From a virus (lineage: Duplodnaviria > Caudoviricetes), in IMG/VR virus record IMGVR_UViG_2839242338_000001, positions 1 through 64,000 of that record: 64,000 nucleotides of DNA. The stretch is one strand, 5' to 3'. Below, in pieces: positions 32,271 through 41,972 of the stretch. The notes under the pieces were generated by a model. It did no database searches. It worked only from the letters and a program-made list of their open reading frames with translations, and was not told where the DNA came from. Position 1 is the first letter of the stretch; each line of letters begins with the position of its first letter. A program made the translations under genes and the position numbers.

Positions 32271-33550
32271 TTATTGTAGTGAAGCAAGACCTAACTGATT
32301 GAAGGGTGGATTTTGGCGCTGCCACTCGAAATAAGACGCTGACGATGTATGCACCTTGATTGTTGGTTTAGCATGGGGACGACACGGTTCGTCCCATTCG
32401 ATGGGATAGCTAGTGCATGCTTCAACTGTCAATAGTTCGATCTGTGACTCATCATTTCCAAGATTATAGTCTGGGTTAATTGCTTGACTTTCAATATGTT
32501 GAATTTTAGCGATGCTAGTTTCGGCATTAGTTGGTTTGAAAGTCCTGCTTTCCTGTCCCATTTGTCCCGTGTCCCACGAATGGGACGTAGGGTATTTAAA
32601 AGATGATTCTGATTGATCCTTGTCAATAGGATATTGTTTCCCATCTCTAATGGCATCGCGTATAGTACGGCAAGCGGCACGAAAGTCAGTCACATTCGCT
32701 TTACGACTAATGGCATCTTCCAAGGCAGCAACGGCCCCTGATTCATTCAGTATGCCACTTGCAATGTATCCCCAGCGGTATAGGCAGCTCTGTTTAGATG
32801 AGCATGTTTATGTCCATCAGGAGCATCTTCGATCACGCGAATACAGCGCCGAAGAGCTATATCGGAAAAATCATCCGACTTGTTGTTGTAGACGAATTTA
32901 TCTCTCCTGACAGGAATCAGTGGCGGTGGAGTATAGAGCCCACCAAAAGGAGTTGCTTCGTGGTTAAAGTAGCCGTCTGAGTCGTATGAATAGCCCCGCA
33001 GCCTGGATACGTCGGGAGTGTCATCAATCCGAACACCATACTTCTTTTGAAAAATCTCCCGCAAGGCCCGAAATTGACTGCCGTGTTGCTTTGGGTGGAC
33101 AATCGGTATCAACACAAAATAGCCTGTTCCAGAAACTGACTGACCGCAATAGGCAACATTCTTAATTCGGCATAACTGCTCTTTGAGTTGGCTATAATTA
33201 GAAATGGACTCATTCCCCTTAAGGTCAATATCCAGACAAATCAAACCGCTGTGGCGAATCAGGGCAGATTCTTCCCGGCGCGAGAATAGTCCACTGGGTG
33301 AAATGGCTGGTAGAGTGGCCTTGATTCGGTCTCGCTGTTTTTTGTCTTCTATAGCTCTAACCGATTCAACCTGTTTGCGATATTTCTCAGAGGTGAGCCA
33401 GGTTAATAAGTTAACTGTTCGGGGGTTATCAGGAGTCCTATAGTTGGCAAAGCAACTGACCTCAACGGACAAAATGGATTTTAAAGATGCGTCTGTCCCA
33501 TCAGTGGGACACGGGACAGTGGGACAGGGATTGGCTATCAGTGAGTCCAT
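32271..33550 (-). CDS. BT4734/VirE-N-type primase-like protein, split by a frameshift near 32775
   Basis: KATLPAISPSG, HSGLICLDID, SVSGTGYF, DVSRLRGYSYD, GHKHAHLNRAAY. Confidence 0.85.
32554..32586 (+). repeat. Iteron-like motif copy 1
   Basis: TGTCCCA-TT-TGTCCCG-TGTCCCA-CGAA-TGGGAC. Confidence 0.85.
33494..33526 (-). repeat. Iteron-like motif copy 2 (inverted)
   Basis: Reverse complement reads TGTCCCA-C-TGTCCCG-TGTCCCA-CTGA-TGGGACA. Confidence 0.85.
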
Positions 33551-35270
33551 CGGTATACAGTTGATTTTTTGCTCTCATCTCCAAATACTATCGTTGATAT
33601 CTCCCGGCAACTTTTTCCCTGCGCAAATAACTCTCGACATTTAGTTTTCTGGGCTTCTCTTTTTGGATCACTACCGACTGGCTCCGCATCGGCAGTAGGA
33701 GCTGGTTTGGGCAGTCTGTTGTAAATTCGTACGGCATGTGTTTTTAAGGTCTCCACGATACGTATGGCATTTTCAAAATCTTCATCGTTGCATAGAAGTG
33801 GTCCTTTAATCGCATTTTTATCGAATGCCCGAAGAACTGTAAAAACCATGGCAACGCGAAAACAGATAGTCCCCAAGCGGTTAACTGTTCCGTCCAAATC
33901 ATTCGCGACGTATTCCCGCAACTCAGTTTTCCAGGCCTGGAATAACTTCACAAATGCAGCCTGTTGATGATCAGTCAAATCAAAATACAATGGCTCTGTT
34001 AACGCATGAAGATGTCCATACATTTTTTTGAAACCTTGACCCAACTCGCCAAAATAAGCCGCATAGTCGCGTTTACGCTTATCGAAAACGTTACGAAACT
34101 CGGAGCTGCTTTTCATTTCGTAAAATAGGAATCGGCTAAATAGGCCATTCTCGGCGGTTGGCATTAAAGATTTTAGCTGATCAAAGGTGGATGACAGTAC
34201 TAACGACAGATACGGTCTGGATACCTCGACATACTCTCCACCATTAGCACGCCGGAAAAAAGTACATCTTTCATGATGGAAGGCATTTCGTAACAAATCA
34301 GTGAAGCCCGCATAGTCCTGCTTTACGGCATCGGCTAAGGTGTCACCTTCCGTTTCGAACATGATACCCCGTTCTGAGTTTTCCGTTAGGTTTTGATAGA
34401 GTCCAGTTTTTGAGTTATTCGCTGGAATAAAAAGCATTAACTGGGGTGGAGTGGTAGGCGGTATTGGTGGAGTTCGTTCCGCCGATTTTTCCTTCTGATA
34501 AACTTTTTTGTCCATCTCATACCGTTCTTGATCCCGCCTGAAGTCTTCAAGGGTCTGATTGTATTCGTCTCGAAGAGATTGGTGGATGCTATCACCAAGC
34601 AGGCGGGCATACTCAAGCCCCCCTTTCCTGTACCATATGGGGCTAGTACATAGGCATATAGGTTGCTACCGACGTATTTTCCATCATAATGCCCTAAAAT
34701 ATTAGGCATTAAACCACTGAGCACTCCAAGTGCTCCGACTAAAAATACTTCCCGTTCAGAATCAGTCGTAAGCTGTTTACATGCATTTGATAAACAACCT
34801 GGTAAGGCCTCATACATCTGACTAGAGAAGCTGGATTTGTCCCATTGTCCCGTGTCCCATTGATGGGACGAATCACTTTCTGTTTTATCGTTTGGCTTTT
34901 CCTTCGGCTCCTCTACCTGTTGCCATTCTTCATTTAAGTCAGTTTCTGGCTCAATATGGATGATACGTTCCTCACCGTTTGAAGATTTAACGGTAGCTGG
35001 TTGATCTGGACTTGCGCTATATTTAACTTCACTATCGGCCAGACTTTTAGATAACAGATATTCCGCTACAGCCTCATCTTTTGTTCTGGGACTCCCCTTT
35101 CCTTTATCTCGAGTCTTTGCGACAGCTTCACTTCTAAACTTGAACCAAGGCTTCTTCCAGGTGGGTGTCTCAAGCAAAATCCATACAGAACCATCTTTAG
35201 CGGTAAATTTTTTTGGCATATCTCCTCCCGCTACACCTTGCGTAGGAGCCTGATTTTGACTAATTTGCAT
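33538..35270 (-). CDS. DUF3987-family replication protein (P-loop-like), split by a frameshift near 34620
   Basis: NLYAYVLAPYGTGKG; LFIPANNSKTG; FETEGDTL; LLRNAFHHE; ENGLFSRFLFY; C-terminal HTH. Confidence 0.85.
34838..34869 (+). repeat. Iteron-like motif copy 3
   Basis: TGTCCCA-T-TGTCCCG-TGTCCCA-TTGA-TGGGAC. Confidence 0.85.
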
Positions 35271-35329
35271 AAGTCTTTGAAAGTTTTAGAGGTAATGATC
35301 GTGGTGGGTCATTGCCTCTTTTTATTGGG

Positions 35330-35650
35330 TTAGATCAGTGGCGCGAGAGTTAAAAGCCAGTTTTTGAGCAGGCCTAAGTCATTTACAACGTGAGTTGGAA
35401 CTCCTTTTTCTTCAGGCACTTCAACCACTTTTCCCACGATTGGAGGAATGATGATTCGGAAGTTTTTTTTGTGGATTTCGCACCTCAACAGAAAACCATA
35501 CTCCGGGGTCAAGACCTGCCATACAGTTCCATTCACTCCCCAAACAGCACGGGCGCAGTCGGTCACTAGAATAGGAGATTTTGGGCGAGAAGTCGCATTT
35601 TCCGGCTCGCAGAATAAGCCTAGGCGTAATCGCGGCTTAGGATTGCTCAT
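35330..35650 (-). CDS. Hypothetical protein
   Basis: ATGA overlap with the upstream xis gene. Confidence 0.55.
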   Translation of the reverse strand: MSNPKPRLRLGLFCEPENATSRPKSPILVTDCARAVWGVNGTVWQVLTPEYGFLLRCEIHKKNFRIIIPPIVGKVVEVPEEKGVPTHVVNDLGLLKNWLLTLAPLI

Positions 35651-36009
35651 GCCGATACCCCTTTTTGCGAACGCTTGCGAAGGTGCGCACTTACCTGTAC
35701 ATCAGCAGCGCGTTCAATTTCTGCAATATCCACCGTCTGGCGTGTTTGACTGCGTAGCCAATTGAGTATAATGGCTTTTTCGTAAAGAACTCGCTTTCCA
35801 AGCTTGATAACGCCTGGTATTTCTCCCGACGCTGATTTTATTCGCAACGTTGATTCTGGCACACCTGAGCAGGTAGTCGCCAGCCATTTGAAATCGCCGT
35901 AGGGGTCGGCATTAGGTAAAGGTGATGGTGCGGATTTATGTTTGAGGTCAAGTAGCAAATCCTCAATATTGCTTAACCGCCTTGCAATTGTTTCAAATGG
36001 ATTTTCCAT
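35647..36009 (-). CDS. Excisionase-like HTH protein
   Basis: MENPFETIARRLSNIEDLLLDLK...GEIPGVIKLGKRVLYEK..ILNWL. Confidence 0.85.
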   Translation of the reverse strand: MENPFETIARRLSNIEDLLLDLKHKSAPSPLPNADPYGDFKWLATTCSGVPESTLRIKSASGEIPGVIKLGKRVLYEKAIILNWLRSQTRQTVDIAEIERAADVQVSAHLRKRSQKGVSA

Positions 36010-36057
36010 TGCATCAGTGTTTGTTTGACTGTGCAATGATAGGGGGCAAAATAGGTG

Positions 36058-36087
36058 GTAAGGGGCAGGTAAGGGTTACGTAAGGGG
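36058..36087. promoter_or_regulatory. Three GTAAGGG repeats at 11-bp period upstream of xis
   Basis: Copies at 36058, 36069, 36080; TATCATTG -7-like box on the minus strand at ~36034-36041. Confidence 0.55.
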
Positions 36088-37206
36088 GTTACGAGTTTCA
36101 GCAATACTTAATTCATCTTTAGCCAATTCTAAAGCTTCAGGATAATCATTTAGCAACTGAATCGCGTTTTTCAAAGCTTGTCTGTTTTCGATAGATAATC
36201 TGTCATTTCTGCTTTTACAGAAACGATTATAAAACTGCTGAAATGGCTTCCAGGATAAGCCATAGAAGTCGGTAGCTTCCTTGTAGGACTTTTCCATCTT
36301 TCCAGCCACAAAAGGCGGCAAGCATTTTTTTTCGTGGCAATAGTAATAGAATAGAGCTAGAGAAGCCTGTGTAACTTCTTTACTTACAGTGCTTTTCGCT
36401 GATTCTAGTAAAGTGTCTCTTGGGAGCATTTTTTCCTCTGCTACAGCCTCTGTTAGGTAGGATATAACAGCTTCGCCAACTTCAATTTCACCACTCAATA
36501 TTGATAAGTAGTCGTCTTTACTTATTCCATAATCAAATGAATCAATTGGCAAACCATAATGCGTTACTTTAACCTTCTTTGATTTGTAGAAAGATGTCAG
36601 TGTTTTAGCACGTTGCAGATTAACATCATAGGGCGGCCTTTCCCATAATGCCCAGCTTATAGCTATAAGTTTTCTTCCGAGTGCCCTTATATATAACTCT
36701 ATATCTGCAAAAACATGCTGTATAATGTCTTCTGATGTGGGTAATTTCTTATATGCTACAATTTGGCAAGTCACTGAAAATCTTTCACTCAGAAGACGGA
36801 TTAAAAAGTCTCCCCCCATCAGTTGGTTTATAAAATTGTAGCCAGGAGCTTTATCTAAAATCTCATAGAAGACAAAGAATTGCTCAACTAACCAATTCCA
36901 GTCTAAGGGAGATTTTTCAGGGAAGTAGAATACATTTTCAACTTTGTTTTCACCGTTATATGACCATATTGGAAGTAAACCAATACGGTACATCCATAAT
37001 GCACGATACAATTCATTTGTAATTTTACTAGCCTTAAAGGAGCCATCTGGGCGTGTTAATCTGGTAAAAAAGAATAATTCCGACTCCTGTCGAACTCTTT
37101 TTAGTGTTTCTATCTGATAGATAGTAGGTTTCTCGAACTGTGCCATTACGCATTTTTCCGCCCGCTCAAATGGCGACGCTAGTAGGGATCGCAATAGGTC
37201 TGCCAT
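36076..37206 (-). CDS. Hypothetical protein (possible element regulator)
   Basis: 376-aa ORF between int and xis. Confidence 0.65.
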   Translation of the reverse strand: MADLLRSLLASPFERAEKCVMAQFEKPTIYQIETLKRVRQESELFFFTRLTRPDGSFKASKITNELYRALWMYRIGLLPIWSYNGENKVENVFYFPEKSPLDWNWLVEQFFVFYEILDKAPGYNFINQLMGGDFLIRLLSERFSVTCQIVAYKKLPTSEDIIQHVFADIELYIRALGRKLIAISWALWERPPYDVNLQRAKTLTSFYKSKKVKVTHYGLPIDSFDYGISKDDYLSILSGEIEVGEAVISYLTEAVAEEKMLPRDTLLESAKSTVSKEVTQASLALFYYYCHEKKCLPPFVAGKMEKSYKEATDFYGLSWKPFQQFYNRFCKSRNDRLSIENRQALKNAIQLLNDYPEALELAKDELSIAETRNPLT

Positions 37207-37260
37207 ATTATTTTCGAATGTGTTTACATACTTAACCTCTTTGTTGATCTGCTAGTAGGA

Positions 37261-38586
37261 TTACAAGTTGTCAAAGGCAGCATCAACTAAATCCGTATCA
37301 AACTCAGACAGATAAATCTGCGTCGTCCGTTCGTCACTGTGCCCCATTGCTTCACTAATGACACCTGTAGCCACGCCTGATCTTTTAAGTGACATAGCGA
37401 AACTGTGACGCGCAACATAGGTCGTAAGTGGGGTTTCTATTCCCACGGAGGCTCCTATGGTTTTCAAGTCTACATTAACCTGCCCCATAATCTTGCTACA
37501 ACGATTCTGGCGCTGGGTTGGAGTAGTATGTAGAGCAGTATTTAGGATTGGGAAAATGTAGCTAGTTGACCGAACTTCACTAGGCCGGTAACGGTCAAGA
37601 ATAGCCAGCGTTTGTGTCATCAGGCGAATGGAAAACTTACCCCCAGTCTTTTGGCGGATATAAGTCAAACGTGGCTTGTCATCCAGGTCTTTGCCGATAT
37701 TTGACCATCGTAAGTTGGCCATATCCACGAAATTGATTCCACCACAGTAGTATGAGAACAGGAATAAGTCTTTGGCCAGTTGTAGGCGCTCCTGCGTGTT
37801 ACGCAAGCCTGCATATTTCCCATCATCCTGTGATGGCTGATAGGCTTCTATTTTTCGAATATCAAGTTTACTGATTGCCCGTTTTGTCGTTTTGGTGTCA
37901 AACTTGCCAATCTGAAACTTGTTGGTTTCAGCGGTATTGCGGGCAAAAGGGTAGGAGGTAGGCTTTGAATAGCCGTTGGCAATAGCTTTATTAAGTACTG
38001 CTCGCAGGGTGCGAAATCGAACGGAAAGCGAGCTGTCAGCTACTCCCTCACTTCGCATCTTGGTTTCCCACTGGTTACAGAACTTGACTGTAACGGCATC
38101 GAAAGAAGTGTCTTGACCTTCACCAATAAAATGTTGTAAGCTGTTCTTGACATCCCTATAAACCCTTCGGTTGCCAACGTTTCCCGTTTTTTCGAACTGA
38201 TTAATTAATTCATCGAAATAGGCTAGAAGCTTAAACTTACGAGTGGCTAACCGTTCTGTGCTTACCCGTGTCGCAACGGATTGGGCGTCGTGAACCTCGT
38301 CAGCTTCGGCAAGCGTTTCGGCAGCGTCGCTGTATTTTTCCTCCCATTTGCGTAGTGCTGCCTCAATAGCTTTGCGTTTATCGATTGGGACATTCTTTCG
38401 AAATGTATTTGTTTCCTCGTTCCAGAATTGGGGATGCAATGACAGGCCCGTAGCGATATATTTGCGTTTACGATCTTTGGTAATTCGCAGCATAAACGGG
38501 TGCGAGCCATCGGCAAGTGTTTTGGAAGGGAAGTAGATTGCCTTTACGCTTGCCTGGCTTTCCTTATGCTCGGTTGATTTGGCCAT
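37261..38586 (-). CDS. int: Tyrosine integrase (arm-binding, SAM-like and catalytic domains)
   Basis: LRITKDRKRKYI; GGINFVDM; RQKTG; YVARHSFA; MGHSD; TTQIY. Confidence 0.95.
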   Translation of the reverse strand: MAKSTEHKESQASVKAIYFPSKTLADGSHPFMLRITKDRKRKYIATGLSLHPQFWNEETNTFRKNVPIDKRKAIEAALRKWEEKYSDAAETLAEADEVHDAQSVATRVSTERLATRKFKLLAYFDELINQFEKTGNVGNRRVYRDVKNSLQHFIGEGQDTSFDAVTVKFCNQWETKMRSEGVADSSLSVRFRTLRAVLNKAIANGYSKPTSYPFARNTAETNKFQIGKFDTKTTKRAISKLDIRKIEAYQPSQDDGKYAGLRNTQERLQLAKDLFLFSYYCGGINFVDMANLRWSNIGKDLDDKPRLTYIRQKTGGKFSIRLMTQTLAILDRYRPSEVRSTSYIFPILNTALHTTPTQRQNRCSKIMGQVNVDLKTIGASVGIETPLTTYVARHSFAMSLKRSGVATGVISEAMGHSDERTTQIYLSEFDTDLVDAAFDNL

Positions 38587-38733
38587 TCTGTGTAAACCGG
38601 TTTACTCGATGGTTTACACAAATATATATAATCAACCATAACTAACCAATACTAATAAAATCAATTTTGATATAAAATGCTGAAAATAAGTACATTGTGG
38701 TATCGTTGAAAATTAATTAATAGTACAGGTCTA

Positions 38734-38779
38734 TGCTTTGGGAGCAGGAGGTCGTAGGTTCGAATCCTGCCACCCCGAC
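38734..38779 (+). tRNA. 3' half of tRNA-Pro(TGG), an att site rather than an intact tRNA
   Basis: tgctTTGGgagcaggaggtcgtaggttcgaatcctgccaccccgac contains anticodon loop, T-arm and acceptor 3' strand; no D-arm or 5' acceptor upstream. Confidence 0.85.
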
Positions 38780-38781
38780 AC

Positions 38782-38824
38782 AAAAAACGGCCCTTTCCAG
38801 CGGAATTGGGCCGTTTTTCTTTTT
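38782..38824 (+). terminator. Intrinsic terminator-like hairpin
   Basis: aaaaacggccc...gggccgttttt followed by a T-tract. Confidence 0.7.
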
Positions 38825-38875
38825 ACCCCCTGCTTATTGGCAGTTTTTTGGCAGCAATTGGCAGAAAAATATAGT

Positions 38876-40048
38876 ATGAAGCCAGGCACCAAAAAGGAAT
38901 TTCCCTATACTCCAGCCCGATTAGTTGACTCTACCATTGAGCCGTATGTGATTTGTTACATATGGGATGCACAGAAAAAAAAGAGTATTCGAAAGCGAAT
39001 CTCATTGCGGGGTAACACTGTTGAAGAAAAACGTAAAGATGCTGTCCAACTCATTAAGGAAATCAACCAAAAGTTGAAGGATGGGTGGCATATCGACGAA
39101 CAATTACCTGAACCAGTTCCGGAGCCAGAGCCAGAGCCAGCGTCCATAGTAACAAAGGCGTTCACGTTTGATGAAGCAGTTACCTATTACAAGGTGACTA
39201 AAGCGGTAGAACTGAAAGATAATACCGAGGGCTTAAACGAACACTATTTTAGACATATACGCGCTTTTTTTAAGGCGAAAAATCTAACAGAAGTAATACT
39301 GAAGGATGTCAGTGTAACCATGATGTTCGAGTTCTTTGATACTACCGCTGTAGGAGGCAGGTTTCGAAACAACATGTTAGGCTTTTTTAAGTCGTTTTTT
39401 ACGTTCTATGTCAATCGTGAAATACTGACTAAAAGCCCTTGTGCAGTCATTAAAAACGTTAGAGTTGATGCATCGGAAGATCACCGCCCCTTTAATGCTC
39501 AACAAGCTAAAGACATTCGGACTGCTATTCTGGCCACAGGAGACGAACAGTTATGGCTCTTTTGCGCCTTTATCTACTTCCTGTTTGTGCGCCCTGGGGA
39601 GGAACTAAGGTTTATGAAAGTAGGCGACATCCTGACTGACCAGGTGCGGATAACATCTGGTACCGCTAAAAATCGAAAAACTGGGTTTGTTGATATTCCA
39701 GCAGGCCTGGAGCAACTAATTAAGCAACACCGGCTACGGGATTATCCACCTACTGATTATGTTTTCACTATTGCAGGTCATCCAGGACCAGTTCATATAG
39801 GCGAAAACTACATCTATAAACGCCATCGTAAAATCATGGAGAACCTAGATTTGTTTGGCCATGACTACGACGTTTATAGTTGGAAGCCGACTGGAGCAAT
39901 TGTACTCTATAAGGCAACGAAGGATATCATGCTGGTTCAGCGACATTGTCGGCATAGTACCCCAGACCAGACATATACCTATTTGCGGAAACATGGTTTG
40001 GTCTTCGAAGGGCAGCGAGTAACTGAGTTTCCTCAGTTGTGGGAATAA
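38876..40048 (+). CDS. int: Prophage tyrosine integrase
   Basis: VRPGEELR, AKNRK, YSWKPTG, CRHS, TYTY; three TTGGCAG arm-like repeats at 38838-38865; ATG at 38876. Confidence 0.85.
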   Translation: MKPGTKKEFPYTPARLVDSTIEPYVICYIWDAQKKKSIRKRISLRGNTVEEKRKDAVQLIKEINQKLKDGWHIDEQLPEPVPEPEPEPASIVTKAFTFDEAVTYYKVTKAVELKDNTEGLNEHYFRHIRAFFKAKNLTEVILKDVSVTMMFEFFDTTAVGGRFRNNMLGFFKSFFTFYVNREILTKSPCAVIKNVRVDASEDHRPFNAQQAKDIRTAILATGDEQLWLFCAFIYFLFVRPGEELRFMKVGDILTDQVRITSGTAKNRKTGFVDIPAGLEQLIKQHRLRDYPPTDYVFTIAGHPGPVHIGENYIYKRHRKIMENLDLFGHDYDVYSWKPTGAIVLYKATKDIMLVQRHCRHSTPDQTYTYLRKHGLVFEGQRVTEFPQLWE

Positions 40049-40113
40049 AATATTAAGAGTTAGGCCGTTGATATTCTTAATATTATACCTTCGCAAATAA
40101 CTCCATTTGTATA

Positions 40114-40587
40114 ATGAAAGAAAATCTAGACGCTGCGAAATCAATTATAGAAGCTGTATCTTCAAATGTCTGGACAGCCATCATTGGGGTTTTTATTCTC
40201 ACATGTTTTTGGATGACACTAATCTATTTACGTGCACCTTCCTTTTACCATCCAGCTCCAGTTTACATTTTTATAATTACAGCATTTTCCCTAGCTATTT
40301 GTTGGTATTTAGGAGCAATGATTGGATTGTCTTTTTTGTTTATGAAAGACGATAAATCAATAGATCATGTTGAGTTATTGCTAAAGGGCAGTGTATACGC
40401 CATCTTCATGTTAGGAATGCTGTTAGCTTATAGCTATTTTTTTAGTATTCGTTTTAGATTTTCATTACAGTTGGGCTATTCTGCTCTCATAGGGACATTC
40501 ATTTCAAATTATGGATCGTTTCTAATAAGTAGCTTGAAGAGAAATCGTAAGGAAAAAACTACACCCGCCAAAGATCTACCTCAGTAG
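40114..40587 (+). CDS. Four-TM membrane protein (moron)
   Basis: Four hydrophobic segments; AT-rich. Confidence 0.65.
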   Translation: MKENLDAAKSIIEAVSSNVWTAIIGVFILTCFWMTLIYLRAPSFYHPAPVYIFIITAFSLAICWYLGAMIGLSFLFMKDDKSIDHVELLLKGSVYAIFMLGMLLAYSYFFSIRFRFSLQLGYSALIGTFISNYGSFLISSLKRNRKEKTTPAKDLPQ

Positions 40588-41971
40588 CGATGCCTTGGCG
40601 TTGATCCCCGAGCGCAGCTTTCATTGAACCTACCAGATAGTTGACACCACGGATATGTACCTTTCTGCGGAAGGAAAATAAGGCTAGGTCGGCAGGGGAT
40701 AGGTAAACCAGCTTAGTGACCGAAAATGTATCGGCTTTGAAGGCTTCAAATTTACGGTAACCGGCATCAACCAGATTGTTTGTTCCACTCCAGAGTAGGC
40801 TCCGGCCACCGCGCGCGTTTGTGGCCAGTGGCTGACCACCTACCAGGCCGTTAAAGAAAAGCAGCTTTGGCAATGCGCCATTCTTATTATCCTTATTATT
40901 AGGTGATATGCCTGGTTGCTGGGTCATCGCCCGTCCGGTGGTAGCATTGGTCAACAGCGTAGAAATACGAGACTGAATCGGTATCAGCGTTCCACCAGCA
41001 TTGTCGGGTGTCTCGGCAGTCGTGTATTTATCCATCACGGCTGGCACTGGTTTCAATAAACCGTCGTTTCCATCAATAGCATAGGAAAGCTCCAGGCGGT
41101 TGGCCAGTTCCGGAGTCTTTACATGATCAGGCCGGGCCTTGTCGGTCCAGTCAACTATATCGGCGCTGGCCAGGATATCTTCCCCAAAATCCATTGTGCA
41201 GATATTACGACGGATATCAAACTCCAGATACAGATTAAACAACTTGCGCAGGTCGATCAATAGGTTTGGCATTGTCAGGTCGGGCAAGTGGTTATTGCTG
41301 TTAATTGACGTTGCTCCATCCAGGCTAAACAGGTTATAGAAAATGAGCCTGGCTAAATCGGGATCTTGCCAGAATTGACCTGCGAAACTCCAGCCCGTTA
41401 ATGCCGAAAACTGGCTAAACACCCATTTCAGAAAAGGCATAGGTACCCGAGCAACAGTATTGTAGGCACCACCCGTATACTCATTCATCAGGCCATTAAA
41501 GCCCGAAACAGCCTGGTTACCGTAAAACGTATCATTCTGAATCGTTGGGAAACAGTACCGATCGGTCAGGTAATTAGCGGCCGCTACAGGAGCCGAGGGT
41601 ACCGCATCAATTCCGAGCCCTAGTTGAGAGAGTAACAGATTTTGATTATCGCCAAAAATCTCGCCTAAGTTCTGGTTGAAGAATAGGCTAAACCCTTCTG
41701 GTTTAACCTCATGGATTTGAACAAAGCCCTGTTCAATCATGTACCCATATACGTATTTCTCACACCGAAACTTTCGGGATTGATAGCCTACTTGGTCCTG
41801 ATAGAAATAGCCCAATAACCGGCGGTTAGTAGGGGTATTGGGCAGGTCGAACCCATACACTCGACTTCCCTGAATGGTGTTGAAATCAAGGAGGGGGTTA
41901 AATCGCTCCAGGGTTACATTGCTGCCGGGTGTCAGGTCGGCGGGTTCGCCATCGATGCGGATATCTAACAT
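40559..41971 (-). CDS. Phage tail/baseplate-region protein
   Basis: MLDIRIDGEPADL...F.LPNTPTNRRLLG N-terminus; directly follows the tape measure gene. Confidence 0.65.
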   Translation of the reverse strand: MLDIRIDGEPADLTPGSNVTLERFNPLLDFNTIQGSRVYGFDLPNTPTNRRLLGYFYQDQVGYQSRKFRCEKYVYGYMIEQGFVQIHEVKPEGFSLFFNQNLGEIFGDNQNLLLSQLGLGIDAVPSAPVAAANYLTDRYCFPTIQNDTFYGNQAVSGFNGLMNEYTGGAYNTVARVPMPFLKWVFSQFSALTGWSFAGQFWQDPDLARLIFYNLFSLDGATSINSNNHLPDLTMPNLLIDLRKLFNLYLEFDIRRNICTMDFGEDILASADIVDWTDKARPDHVKTPELANRLELSYAIDGNDGLLKPVPAVMDKYTTAETPDNAGGTLIPIQSRISTLLTNATTGRAMTQQPGISPNNKDNKNGALPKLLFFNGLVGGQPLATNARGGRSLLWSGTNNLVDAGYRKFEAFKADTFSVTKLVYLSPADLALFSFRRKVHIRGVNYLVGSMKAALGDQRQGIATEVDLWRV

Positions 41972-41972
41972 G

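Larger units (their letters stand above)
32271..38779 (-). mobile_element. PICI/IME-like element ending at the tRNA-Pro att site (left boundary not seen)
   Basis: Gene order int - hypothetical - xis - small ORF - DUF3987 - BT4734-type primase, adjacent to a tRNA 3' fragment. Confidence 0.75.

Noticed and set aside
38700-38779. Intact tRNA-Pro gene
   Set aside because: No D-arm or 5' acceptor strand; similarity starts within the anticodon stem
38738-38875. N-terminal extension of the integrase ORF (MGAGGRRFESCHPD)
   Set aside because: It is a translation of the tRNA fragment and terminator; ATG 38876 is the plausible start
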